Assembly (NCBI RefSeq): GCF_006345805.1
Contig: NC_043002.1
Coordinates: 4,216,001 to 4,280,000 of the forward strand
Reading direction: 5' to 3'
Length of the DNA stretch: 64,000 nt
From: Octopus sinensis
Taxonomy: Eukaryota
Positions within the stretch are counted from its first letter, which is position 1. The number at the start of each line of letters is the position of its first letter. Positions 51,941 through 64,000 of this stretch are shown in pieces. A program made the translations under genes and the position numbers. The notes below the pieces were generated by a model. The model ran no database searches. It was not told the DNA's origin and worked only from the letters and a program-made list of their open reading frames with translations.

Positions 51941-51960
<20 letters not shown>
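50080..51960. repeat. Tandem duplication of an about 930-950-bp TG-rich unit
   Basis: Unique anchors recur at 50151/51080, 50791/51740 and 50956/51906. Confidence 0.9.
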
Positions 51961-51973
<13 letters not shown>

Positions 51974-52845
51974 TGTGTGTGTGCGTGTGTGAGTGCGCGC
52001 TGTGTGTTTAAATATGATTGAATATGTGATTTTGTCACAGACGACCGACGAATCGTTTGCAAGCGCGAATTGAGGTTGGTTGGCCGCAAACTAATTAAAA
52101 AGAAACAAAAACAGAAAAGGAAAAAAAAGAAAGCATAGTACAGAGAGAAGGAGAGAGAGAGAGAGAGAGACAGAAAGAAAGATAGATAGATAGAGAGAGA
52201 GAGAGATAAAGCGTGAGAGAAAGAGAGAAAATTAGACAGAATTAGCGCCAATCGTTTTGGCAAAGCCATCAAAGGGACAGTGGAATAGGATAAAGAGGAA
52301 GCGAGTATCCAATTCCTCAGCATTGATCGGCTAATAAAACCCAATGTTGCGTTTAGTTCGTGTAAACAACACGTCGGGATCTTTTAAAGACCAAACGTTC
52401 AAGTGAAATGAAATAAAAGACAAATAAATAACATAAAAGATAAGAATAAAAAAAGGAAAAACCTAGCATTGGTTGTAATGCTTTCAGCTTCATTGTCAAT
52501 CGGCAAGTCGAAACGACAAGCGTTATGGCCACCAAGGGCCTCGTCTTTCTCTCTCTCTCACTCTCTCACTCTGTCTTTCTTTCTGTCGCTCTCTCTTACC
52601 TCTTTTCTCCTTGTACCATCTCTTGCTCTTTCCCCTTTCTCACTTTCTTATTTTCTCTTTGTCTTTCTCGCCTCTCTTATGCTCCCCCCCTCTCTCTCTG
52701 TTTCCTCTCTCTTTCTCGAAACCCATTTATGCACAGTTTTGATATGTTGTCTGTCTGTCTGTCTGTCTGTAAAGCGTGTGCAATGAGGGAAAAATGAAAG
52801 CGTAAATGTTGTGTGTGTTTGTATGAGAAAGCGATACAGAAAGAA

Positions 52846-52889
<44 letters not shown>

Positions 52890-52899
52890 GGAGATAATG

Positions 52900-53179
52900 T
52901 GAGAGTATGTGTGTGTGTTATATATATCTGTCTGTCAACTTGTGCAAGGATGCAAAATGGTATGCATGAATGTTTAAACGTGTGTGTGTGTGTATGTGTG
53001 TGTGTATGTGTATGTGTGTGTGTGAGTGTGAGTGTGAGTGTGTATGTGTATGTGTGTGTATGTGTGTGTGTGTGTATGTGTGTGTGTGTGAGTGTGTGTA
53101 TGTGTGTGTGTATGTGTGTATGTGTGTGTATGTGTATGTGTGTGTGTGTGAGTGTGAGTGTGTGTGTATGTGTGTGTGT

Positions 53180-53220
<41 letters not shown>

Positions 53221-53680
53221 CCGTGCGTAAGAGTGTGCAGTGAATGGAGCAAAAAAGAGTGAGTTTATCTTGTTTGGTTGTAGGTAAGCGAGTACCAAGC
53301 GAGTACCAAGTGCAGAAAGAGACAAAGAAAAAGAAAAAAAGAAAAAAAAGACAAAGCAGGTATGGTGTGTGTGTGTTATGTCTGCATGCATGTGTGTATG
53401 TATGTTTGTATGCCTGTGTATGTGTGTGTAAATGCTTATAGGAAAGACAAAGGTGGAATAGAAAGGGTTAATGAGGTGTGGTAGGAGTAGGTCATACACA
53501 CACATACGCCCACATAAACACACACTTGCACACAAACACATACACATACACGCGCATATACATACACGCACATCCACGCGCATGCTCAGCTGATTTTCAT
53601 ATGTAATATTAACATCATCATCGCTGTTGTTGTTGCTGTTAGTGTCGTTCTAATTTATTATTATTATTATTATTATTATA

Positions 53681-53711
<31 letters not shown>

Positions 53712-53804
53712 CATTATTATTATTAAGATTATATTATTATCATTATTATTATTATATTCATTATTATTATTAGATTATTATTATTATCATTATTATTATT
53801 ATTA

Positions 53805-53835
<31 letters not shown>

Positions 53836-53883
53836 CATTATTATTATTAAGATTATTATTTTATCATTATATTATTATTATTA

Positions 53884-53917
<34 letters not shown>

Positions 53918-54000
53918 CATTATTATTATTAGATTATTATTATTATCATTATTATTATTATGATAATAATAATAATAATGATAATAATATTAATAATAAA
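52900..54000. repeat. (TG)n-derived and (ATT/ATC)n microsatellite blocks
   Basis: Visible directly. Confidence 0.9.
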
Positions 54001-54249
54001 ATCTCAAGTAAATCCAACAGTTAAGTGGAATAAAGCGTTCTCCACGGTTCATCACGGTTCATCACGGTTCTTCTTCACGGTTCTTCACGGTTCATCTTGT
54101 TTGTAATGTTTGCATCTTTTGCTACCCTGGAGGCAAATCAAGAAACAGATTACATAGGTTTGCTTATTCAGTTAGCATATGCTCTTGTTATTTTCATTTA
54201 CATTTATATTTATACGTGTATATATAGATATATATATTATATATGGCAG

Positions 54250-54445
54250 ATCGCCATGTTGATTCGTTAGCTACTGCAACGCATTTTTTTTCTCTCCTTC
54301 TTTCTGTGTTTTTCTCTTTCTGTGTATCTTTCTGTGAAGGCGCGTAGGCTCGAAACGTTAAAGACTTGTTATTTTATATTTCCTGAGCGCCCATACTAAT
54401 ACAATTGTTCGTTTGTTTTCCACCTGCCTTCGTCTTTTGTTTTAT
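54250..54445 (+). mobile_element. Penelope-like terminal repeat with degenerate hammerhead-like motif (tentative)
   Basis: ctgtgaaggcgcgtaggctcGAAACGTTaaagac within a pyrimidine-rich terminal-repeat-like sequence; the CUGANGA core is broken. Confidence 0.4.
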
Positions 54446-54449
54446 TTTC

Positions 54450-54598
54450 ATAAAGCTTCCCGTTATATATATATATATATATAATATATATAATATATAT
54501 ATATATATATAATATATAATATATATATATATATATACATATAAATATATATATATATAATATATATGTGTGTATATATATACGTATTAATATATACG

Positions 54599-54632
<34 letters not shown>

Positions 54633-54910
54633 TATATATATATTATATATATAATATATTTATATATATATATATGCATATTAGCGTGTATGTGTGTGTA
54701 TGTGTGCGCGTGCATATATGTACATCCTACACAAAAGCACGCGTACGTAGGCATACATAAAATAATGTATATATAAAGCTATATCTATATATTCGTGTGT
54801 TTGTATATATATATATATGTTATATCATATTTATATGTATGTATAAATTCATGTCTAATTGTGAATATGTATATATATATATATAATTATCTATCTATCT
54901 ATCTATCTCC

Positions 54911-54991
<81 letters not shown>

Positions 54992-55036
54992 GTCTGCCTA
55001 TCTGTCTCTCTATCTATCTATCTATCTATCTGTCTG

Positions 55037-55101
<65 letters not shown>

Positions 55102-55140
55102 GATCTATATATCTATCTATCTATATATCTACTTATATAT
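54450..55140. repeat. (TA)n and (TCTA)n microsatellites
   Basis: Visible directly. Confidence 0.9.
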
Positions 55141-55890
55141 ACGTATATTTCTATACATATACTTATGCATGTGTGCATTTGTGTGTATGTATGTAACTGA
55201 CAATGTGTGCGCGTATGCATGTGTGTGCGTAAGACCGTCTGAGTGCTTGAGTTGTGTGTGTGTGTCTGTGTGTGTTTACGCATCCATCTTGGTGTGTATG
55301 TGCTTTTGAGTGTGCATGCATTCTTGGGTGGGGACTTCTGACAAAATCCATTAAATTTTTATACCCATCACCTCTCGGGTTATTCATCTTCATCGTTTTA
55401 TATATTATTCATTATATTTTATTCTATTCCGCACGCCCTGTAACCCACTGCATTCCGTGTTGCCCCTTACACCATTTTTGTGAACCGTTCTGTGGCATCT
55501 CTCATCCGCTGCCTCTGCAGCAGCAAAGGAACCACCATTGCCGATATTTTAAAAAACATTTTCTCTGATTTTTATTCCTTTTCAGTAACGTTCAAGGCAC
55601 TTCATACACGGGTGCACGCGCACAATACATAAGTAGAAACACGCACCCCCACCACACACGCATTGAGGCTCTCACACACTCATACACACGCACACACACA
55701 CACAGATATATATGTATAGACGCACACACTCGTGCACGCGGATTCCTCTTGGACTGCTTAACCGTATTGCTGTTGTTCGCCACGAGCACCACTTTGTAGA
55801 ATCGCATAAATATACAAACACAAGTTGTCATGCATATATATATATATATTATATATATATATTATATACATATATATATACATATATATA

Positions 55891-55929
<39 letters not shown>

Positions 55930-56246
55930 AAATATACGTATGTATGTATACAACACACACATATATATATATGCATATATTTACATGCATACTCATACAC
56001 ATATACATGCATCTAAGCATCCATATATACATGCATGAGTACTTACGCATGCATACAGCCAAACGTACGCGCGCGCGCACACACACACACATGATATGTC
56101 TGTATGAATGTATGTATGTATCTGTGTGTGTATGTATATATATATATACCCGTACATATATGAATACGCAAATATGCCCATATCTGTACATTGGCATTTC
56201 TCTCTCAATCTGTCTCTGACTCTCTTTCTGTGTCACACACCACACA

Positions 56247-56294
<48 letters not shown>

Positions 56295-56589
56295 TTATAC
56301 TACATCGTCATCATTATCATCATTTCAGCGCCATCATTTAACGTCCGTTTTGACAGGAAACGGTTTCCCCAGCTGGCTGGATGCCCTTCCTAACGCCAAC
56401 TTCTTTACAGAGTGTACTGGAAGCTTCGTACGTGTCAGCGGCACCAGTGAGGTCGCGTGACTCAAAAAAGAACGGAGGAAAAGGAAGTATTTTGGAGGGA
56501 AAGTTGGATTTACGTCTGATGTTGAGAGGCTAAGGTATGATAGAGAGACAACACATCTTCCTCAGCCACGTATCTCCTAAAAACGGAGG

Positions 56590-57075
56590 TAGATGCCTGC
56601 AGAAGATAAGAAGAAGGCAGTGATGTTGTACTTGAGAAGATTCTCAAGGAACCAGGCAAGCGTAAGAGATAAAGACAGCGGGGCATGAGAGGGAATGAGG
56701 GTGAGTGGATGCTTTCATAGGAGAGGAGGTAGAGTAGTGGAGGTTGAGGTTAATGTCGTGAGTGATTAACAAGGATTGGGTGCAGATGATGGGAAACACC
56801 AGTATGGAGAAGGAGGTATAGGGGTGGATCAAGAAGGAGAGTAGATCAGAAAGTATGTGCTAGGTGTGGGATCAGTGACGAGAGAGATAAAGAGATACAT
56901 AAAGGGGCTATAATATTGGGTAGATCATCATGGTAGATACGGGTGGGCAGGTACAGAAAGGTGGGCTTGGTTGGTTGAAATGGTGTGGGCAGGGACGTTG
57001 CGGAATGTGGGAGACTGTTCGGTAGGAGATGGGATTTTGTAAGTGCTGCTTCTGCTCTCAGGTGATTACTAAAGC
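56590..57075 (-). mobile_element. Degenerate Penelope-like C-terminal fragment (tentative)
   Basis: Weak resemblance (DPTPSTYF.., HSLSCPAVFI) to the linker/GIY-YIG region. Confidence 0.35.
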
Positions 57076-57229
57076 CGGGTAGTACCATCGGTGGGGGTGG
57101 GGCAGGAGCGACGAAAATGTGGGGGTGGAGTGGAGCGAGCAGAGCAAAACGCCAATCATCTCAGTCCTTGTCACTTCCTCCGTAAGTTTCAGCATCTAAA
57201 AATCAGCTTTCAATACTTTGTCCTAAGTC

Positions 57230-58327
57230 TTCCTGGGTATCCCTCTTCTACGAGATCCACCCCACTTTAAGCGACTGTCTTCATCCCTACGCATCACATG
57301 ACCGAACCAGCGCAGCCGTCCCTTTTACACGCTGCATCTTATGCTTAACTTTTCTCTCAATACCTTTGCACTTTGTCGTATACTAACATTGTACATCCAG
57401 CAGAACATAGTAACTTCATTCCTCTCTAGTCTTCGTTTGTCCTCTGCATTCAGGACCCATACCTCACAACCATGGAGCAGTGTTATACGTACACAGGTAA
57501 GATACAATCTGTCTTTCACTCGGAAAGAGAAACCTTTTGTTGTTGACTGAGATCAAAGCTCTCTGAACTTTCTCCAACCAATTTTTATTCCAGTAATGAC
57601 ACTTTCAGAACATCCTCGTCTACAGCTAATTAGGTCGTCTAGGTAACAAAATTATCTACTGCCACTAGGGAACCTCCAGAGCATTAGAGAAAATCAATTT
57701 CCTGCGTGATCTCAGACTTTATGGCACCAATGCATTTTCCACATAAAAACAAAGAAAAAAACCCTACTTTCTTCGTTAACTTACCTGCCATTCCCAAACT
57801 ACCTGCCTGCGATTACACCACATCTGCTGTGTGCCCATAGCTTGCCCTGGGTACACCGTCTGGAATTTCTGCCTACATTTTCCCTCATATTGAACTGGAG
57901 CATTTATCTGAAGTGGATCGGGTCCTGTCTGATTTATTGTTTACTTTAATCTTGGTTTTTGTTGAGTTAATTCTTAGACCCTTTGAGTCCAGGTTTTGCT
58001 TTCACACCTGGATTTTCTTTTCTAGTTCTGTTACAGATTTCGTTTAGAGAATGAGATCGTCAGCATACATTAGTTCCCAGGGGCAACTGGTTTTAAATTC
58101 CTCTGTTAATGCTTGGGGAACAACGATGAGCAGGAAGGGACTGAGAACCGAGCCCTGGTGTATGCCTATTTGTCGCTGTACTCATGGCTAACTTTGACCT
58201 TACTGGCAGCACTCGTGTCATCTATCCATAGCTTCCTCAAAGACCACGGTATTGCAGAGCGAGAGACTCTGTGGAAGGCTTTCCCTAGGTCGACAAATGG
58301 TTTTCTTTTAGCGAAATACTCCTCCTG
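57230..58327 (-). mobile_element. RTE-clade LINE fragment
   Basis: FVDLGKAFHRV, PWELMYADDL, LYLTCVRITLLHGCEVW..RRLERNE, RLRWFGHVMRR. A probable 3' UTR piece lies at about 56300-56460. Confidence 0.85.
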
Positions 58328-58463
<136 letters not shown>

Positions 58464-58467
58464 CATA

Positions 58468-59853
58468 TAAGGAACCTGGCATGGGTGGGACGCTGATCAA
58501 TTTGGATCAATCAAAAGCTTTCGATCGGGTAGACCATCGCTACTTGGAGGCTGTCCTTAGAGCGGCTGGTTTCGGTCCCGTCTTCCGCGGTTGGATCGCT
58601 GCCTTTACGCTCGGTAGTTCGCGTAAATGGTCATCTGTCCAGACCATTTAACATCACGCGTTCGGTTCGTCAAAGATGCCCCCTCTCGTCACTTCTGTAC
58701 ATATTGACTCTTGAGTCACTACTGCGGAAGCTGGCGACGCTGAGGGGCATCCCGTGAGAGCAGGGATGCGGGAGGAGCGTGTCTGCATACGCGGACGATG
58801 TCACCGTGATAGTGTCGAGCCACAGGTATATCGACCTGGTCGGCGAGATATTAAAAGAATACGAAGCGGTAACAGAAGCAAAAATTAACCGGTAAAAGTC
58901 AGTGGGCTGCGGCTCGGCACCTGGAGAAGCAAGCCCATGCCGTCCAATAGCGTCTCCATTGTGGGACTCTGGACCGATGGACCGGTTAGATTTCTTGGAG
59001 TCTGGTTCAGACCTCTAAATAGAGAAGAACCGGGGCGAGATAACGAATAGGGTGGCCACTCTCACCCAGCAATGGGCCGAGAGGAATCTATCCCTAAAAG
59101 GTCGAGCGGAGGTTGCGAACGCGTACATCGCATCCTTCATCGATTACCGTCTGACCGTCATGCCTTTTCCCGACCCTACCATCACCAAACTGGAACGCAT
59201 ACTCTTCCGCTTTTTGTGGAAGGGAAGCGTTCCGATGGTTAGGCGATCCATTTGCTGTCAACACCTGCTAAATGGAGGGTTGGGCATGTCGTGGTTGATG
59301 ATGCGCAGACATGCGCTGAGACTGCGGTATCTCCGGCGCTTCGGTGAACAGGTGTGGTCGGCGTTTGTGCGGCGCGCTTTCCCGCAGCTCGTCTCTTTGG
59401 CCAAACTGTAGTCGTGGATCAAACAGAGACCGAGGCTAGGCGAATGGCACCGCGAGTGCCACCTTATTCTTAAGCAACTTTGCCGTCCGGGACCAAACTT
59501 GTGCGACTTCAATTTCACAAAGGCGGGAGGTGCGACGAAGTACTCGGGCAGAATCTGGGCGTCAGAATCTGACCCGGCTGTTCAGGACAACTTTCGAGCC
59601 GGAACCCATGGTTAACAATAAGATATCCCTGGCCTGGCAGTGCTATCGAGAAGCATTACCCGTTCGGGATAAGCTGTACAGGCACGGTTCGAGACATACC
59701 GGACCGACTTGCCCGAGATGCGGTCAAAGCAACGAAATCGTTCTGCACGCACTCGTGCAGTGTCCAACCATTTCTGACCTGTGGGCTTGTGCCGAACGGC
59801 TACTTTCACGTTTGGGACGAGTCGCTTGTCGGCCGAGTCTATCGTGAAAATTG

Positions 59854-59855
<2 letters not shown>
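58468..59855 (+). mobile_element. Tx1-clade LINE, copy 2 (truncated at both ends)
   Basis: Colinear with 41330-42765: LDQSKAFDRVDHRY, YADD, LSLKGRAEVAN, CPRCGQSNEIVLHALVQCP. Confidence 0.93.
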
Positions 59856-59917
<62 letters not shown>

Positions 59918-59979
59918 GTACAAACACACACGCGCACACAAGTAAGTAAACACACACACACACACACACCACACACACA

Positions 59980-60010
<31 letters not shown>

Positions 60011-60095
60011 CTCACAAGTGAGCATATAAATTCAAAACAAGGCGGAAGAAATAATACTCGAATACCTAAGATAGAGTAATATGTTTTTATTAAAG

Positions 60096-60318
60096 CTGCA
60101 AAATCTTCAGGAAACTGCCGCTCAGAGTTTCGCATTCCCGTTCGTCGGACAGTTGTGATGAATAATTCATGAAATACATGATGTAGTTATCACAACTGTC
60201 TGACGAACGGGAATGCGAAACTCTGAGCGACAGTTTCCTGAAGATTTTGGATTCATCACAACTGTCCGACGAACGGGAATGCGAAACTCTGAGCGACAGT
60301 TTCCTGAAGATTTTGCAG
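60096..60318. repeat. Three copies of a 60-68-bp hammerhead-like unit (one inverted, two tandem)
   Basis: Inverted copy 60096-60163 and direct copies 60189-60249 and 60251-60318. The outer two differ at a single base. Confidence 0.9.
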
Positions 60319-60329
60319 TTTCAATAAAC

Positions 60330-60860
60330 ATCCATCAAACCCCAAAATCTCAATCAATAAATAATCTAAACCTTCCTGTAACAATCTGTCGACCCATCCA
60401 CCCGTCCATCCATCCATGCGCCTAAAACCCATCCATCGATCCATCTATCCATCTATCCATCCAACCATCCACACACCCCTTCATCCATCCACCCACCCAT
60501 CCATCCATCTATCGATGGATTGATCCATCCATCCGCTCAAACCCCATCCATCCATCCATCCATCCATCCGACTAACCTTCCAAGTGTTCATTCAACCATT
60601 TAACCATTAATATATCCATTCACACATCTAACCATTTATTCTTCTAACCATGTGACCATCTATTTAGTCAGTCAATCATCTACATCTAACCTAACCATCT
60701 ATTCATATATCTATCCATCCACCCAAAGATTTAACCCTCCGCTAATCAATTTGTCCATATACTTAACCATCTAACTATCCATCTAACCACCCACCCATCA
60801 ACCCACACATCCATCCATCCATCCATCCAAGCGTTCATTCAACCATTTACCACCCTCTGG
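60330..60860. repeat. Degenerate (CCAT)n tract
   Basis: Visible directly. Confidence 0.85.
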
Positions 60861-60975
60861 TAAGCGTTCTGAGCATGTGCGCGTGCAGTGTACGCGCACG
60901 CACCACCTATATAACCGTTTTTAATTGCATACATATATACATGCATACATACATATATATGTATATATGTATGTG

Positions 60976-61046
<71 letters not shown>

Positions 61047-61142
61047 TACAGAAATTCCAACTTTGATTTTCACTTTTTATTTACAATCTTATAAGATAAT
61101 ATAATATAATGAAATGATAGAATATTAAATGTCCATTCTGAT

Positions 61143-61188
61143 TGAACTAGTACTTTCATGCATTAGACTATGCAATCTTCAGGTCCAT
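61143..61188 (-). ncRNA. Minimal type I hammerhead ribozyme motif (Penelope-type)
   Basis: Minus strand reads UGGAC-CUGAAGA-UUGCAU-agucua-AUGCAU-GAA-AGUACU-A|-GUUCA: 5-bp stem I, palindromic stem III, and a U-U mismatch at the 10.1-11.1 position. Confidence 0.6.
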
Positions 61189-61867
61189 ATAATAGTGGTG
61201 ACAGCTAAATAGACAATCATACTAATACTTAGAGATACCATTTCTACTGCTACAACCACTACCACTAACAACAGCAACCATACTAAAGGTGCTCATTATG
61301 AAGATAGCAGGAAAATTCTAGCGAAGTCAAGAGGAATGTCAATAAAATTAATCTTATTTTGAGTTTAAAGTTCTATTACCACAGCTACGCCTAACAACCC
61401 CTCCCACCAACAACAATAATCAAGGTGATGATGATGGTGATGATAATAATTGAAATGTAAAAATCCCTGGGAAATATTGTAAACAACATTCCTAAAAATA
61501 TACAAAAAATTACTGCTTTGGCCATGGTCAAAATACAGGTCTCTCGACATGTTCAACAAACCGTGACGCCTAAACCAAGCACCAATCAGCTTTAGTAATT
61601 TAGTAAAGCCACACACTGATTGGTCAGAATACAGTTTGCAAAAATTGACATTCTGGAGCCTATACAAATGTATTTAAGGCATACAGTTTAGCCATCTCAC
61701 TACAGTTGTAGATTGTAAAATATAACTGTCACCACTACTATATGAACCCAGTTTCCGTTTTCGTTTTCCGTTGTTTACTGTCTGCGTTTTCTATTTACTG
61801 CCTTCTCAGTTTTTTTTCGCTTTTCTTCTATTCTTCAATTTCTTTAGTTCGTTATGGTATGTGGTTT

Positions 61868-61920
61868 GCGCCTGAAGAATATGTTTGAGTTTTCTCAACA
61901 TATGAAACTATTAGTAACGC
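61868..61920 (+). ncRNA. Type I hammerhead ribozyme motif
   Basis: CUGAAGA (61872-61878), a 10-bp stem II AUAUGUU(U)GAG/CUCAACAUAU, then GAAAC-UAUUA-GUA|. Stem I is only 3 bp plus a C-A mismatch. Confidence 0.55.
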
Positions 61921-63048
61921 TTCAATACATGTATTGTGGCCTTTAAATAAATAATATTCATCTCTCACCAGATGGAGTACATTTTTTGTTGAATTTTTTT
62001 TCACGGATCAGTACATTATATATTGTTTTTGCTGTCCTGTTCTTGTCACCATTTTTACCCCTCCGCAAAAAATCCCAAATTTTATTTAATTTGCTTTGCG
62101 GGAAGGATTGTTTCAATGAACTCGTGTCTTGTCCTTAACTTCGAAACACAGAATAAGTCGAAGCAGGGGCAGCTGAAGAAGGGTAATATTCCTTGTGTTG
62201 TATGTCTTGTACTCTGTTTTCTCGTTGTTTGAAAAAGTCCATTTCCATGTTTTTGTTTTTATGTTTTCGTTTCTCATTGTGTTCTACGTTTTCTTTTGGT
62301 GTCCTGTACCCATATATGCATGTATATATACATATAGATGCAGGTATGTACATATATGTATGTATGTATGCATATGTTTTATTTATTATCTTGTTATTAT
62401 ATATATGCATATACACATATATAATTGGCGTTTTCTCCGAAGAATATGGTGGACGATAATTGTAATGAAAGGAACTAATGATTGGTTTGATTGAAGAGAA
62501 TGTTGGCATATTCAGGGTGATAGCGGCAATGAGTTGTTGCATTATCCGTGCGCATGCGCGATTGGGTAGGTAAAGGGATTTTCCAGAATGTACGATACGC
62601 GGTGTGTACGTATGTGCACGTGTCCCTGTGAATAAGTGTTTAGACAAACCAGTGTTTGGGAAAACAATGTGATGTTGTCAAGTAGAGAGATTAAAAGCTG
62701 GTTAATGGGCCGAAGATGAACGTTAGGTAGAGGTGGCTTAGGACGACACCAACATGTCGTCTCTAAGTCATTTAGCGGACGTGCAAGTATATGGTGGATT
62801 ACTGAATGGTAATAGAGGTAGAAGCAAATAGACGCGGCAGGTTGTGAATTCTTAAAAGCAACCGCGAATAACTATAAGGATTCTTCATGAAATTAACTGC
62901 TTGTTAATTAATGAATGAAGGCAGGTGTGTGGGTGTGGCGGGTGTGTGGGTATCGGTGTGTAATGGGTGTTTGAGTAAATGTTTGGTTGTTGATAATTGT
63001 GTAAATGATACGATGTAGTATCATAGTTAATATTTGATTTAGGGGTGT

Positions 63049-63094
<46 letters not shown>

Positions 63095-63263
63095 ACACAC
63101 TCACACACATACACACCCACACACACACACACGCACACACACACTCCCACATACACACTCACACACACAGACACACAGACACACAGACACACAGACACAG
63201 ACACACAGTCACACACACACAGACACACACACACTCACACACACAGACACACAGACACACACA

Positions 63264-63315
<52 letters not shown>

Positions 63316-63565
63316 TACATTCACGTATCTGTCGAGTTTGATCATGTGTGTGTGTACATACATAGAATACATACATATGTGAATATATGAGCGTATTTGA
63401 TGGTTGTGCGTCTACCCCGATCTCAAATCGAACTTTAATATTACATTGTATCATCCACGCAATTAATCAACAGCTACGTATTCACCCCCCACACACAGAG
63501 GTTCTCATTCACTAATTAACAAGTAGTTAACAAGAATCCCTAGAGTTGTTCTCATTTATTTTTAA

Positions 63566-63985
63566 GGAGTGGCTGTGTGGTAAGTAGCTTGCTAACCAAC
63601 CACATGGTTCCGGGTTCAGTCCCACTGCGTGGCATCTTGGGCAAGTGTCTTCTGCTATAGCCCCGGGCCGACCAATGCCTTGTGAGTGGATTTGGTAGAC
63701 GGAAACTGAAAGAAGCCTGTCGTATATATTTATATATATATGTATATGTATGTATGTGTATGTGTTTGTGTGTCTGTGTTTGTACCCCTAGCATTGCTTG
63801 ACAACCGATGCTGGTGTGTTTACGTCCCCGTCACTTAGCGGTTCGGCAAAAAGAGACCGATAGAATAAGTACTGGGCTTACAAAAGAATAAGTCCCGGGG
63901 TCGATTTGCTCGACTAAAGGCGGTGCTCCAGCATGGCCGCAGTCAAATGACTGAAACATGTAAAAGAGTAAAGAGTAAAAGAGTA
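63566..63985 (+). mobile_element. SINE family B, full length
   Basis: Same organisation as 27534-27927, with a (GAGTAAAA)n tail. Confidence 0.93.
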
Positions 63986-64000
63986 TACACGTCTTCCACT

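Noticed and set aside
52899-53583. 221-aa His/Thr-rich and Val/Cys-rich ORFs
   Set aside because: Dinucleotide-repeat artefacts, like most HT/CV/YI ORFs in the track.
62140-62190. Possible type II hammerhead (GAAAC..GTC..CTGAAGA)
   Set aside because: Stem I does not pair and stem II lacks a closing pair.

Overview
This is AT-rich, microsatellite-dense eukaryotic DNA with no recognisable intact host protein-coding gene. The SINE, LINE and Helitron complement looks like an octopus/cephalopod genome (inferred from recalled repeat families; no search was run). Bases 1-13,100 hold an eroding tRNA-Phe(GAA) cluster: four intact genes and two pseudogenes, with related flanks. The rest is a patchwork of four tRNA-derived SINE families (one forming a 6 x 184-bp head-to-tail array) and LINE fragments of several clades (Tx1, CR1/L2-group, RTE, CRE, HERO-like, R4/Dong-like, Penelope-like). 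There are also two non-autonomous Helitrons, two 9-bp-TSD Mutator-type MITEs, local tandem duplications, and one ~200-codon orphan ORF with a decayed paralogue. The most interesting signals are: (i) three hammerhead-ribozyme motifs that can be folded by hand (2745-2880, 61143-61188, 61868-61920), plus a three-copy hammerhead-like inverted/tandem repeat at 60096-60318; (ii) Tx1-clade LINE copies whose junctions abut (TCTA)n tracts, suggesting microsatellite target specificity; (iii) a SINE that multimerises through one stereotyped junction at many loci. All protein-family assignments rest on motif recognition by eye.
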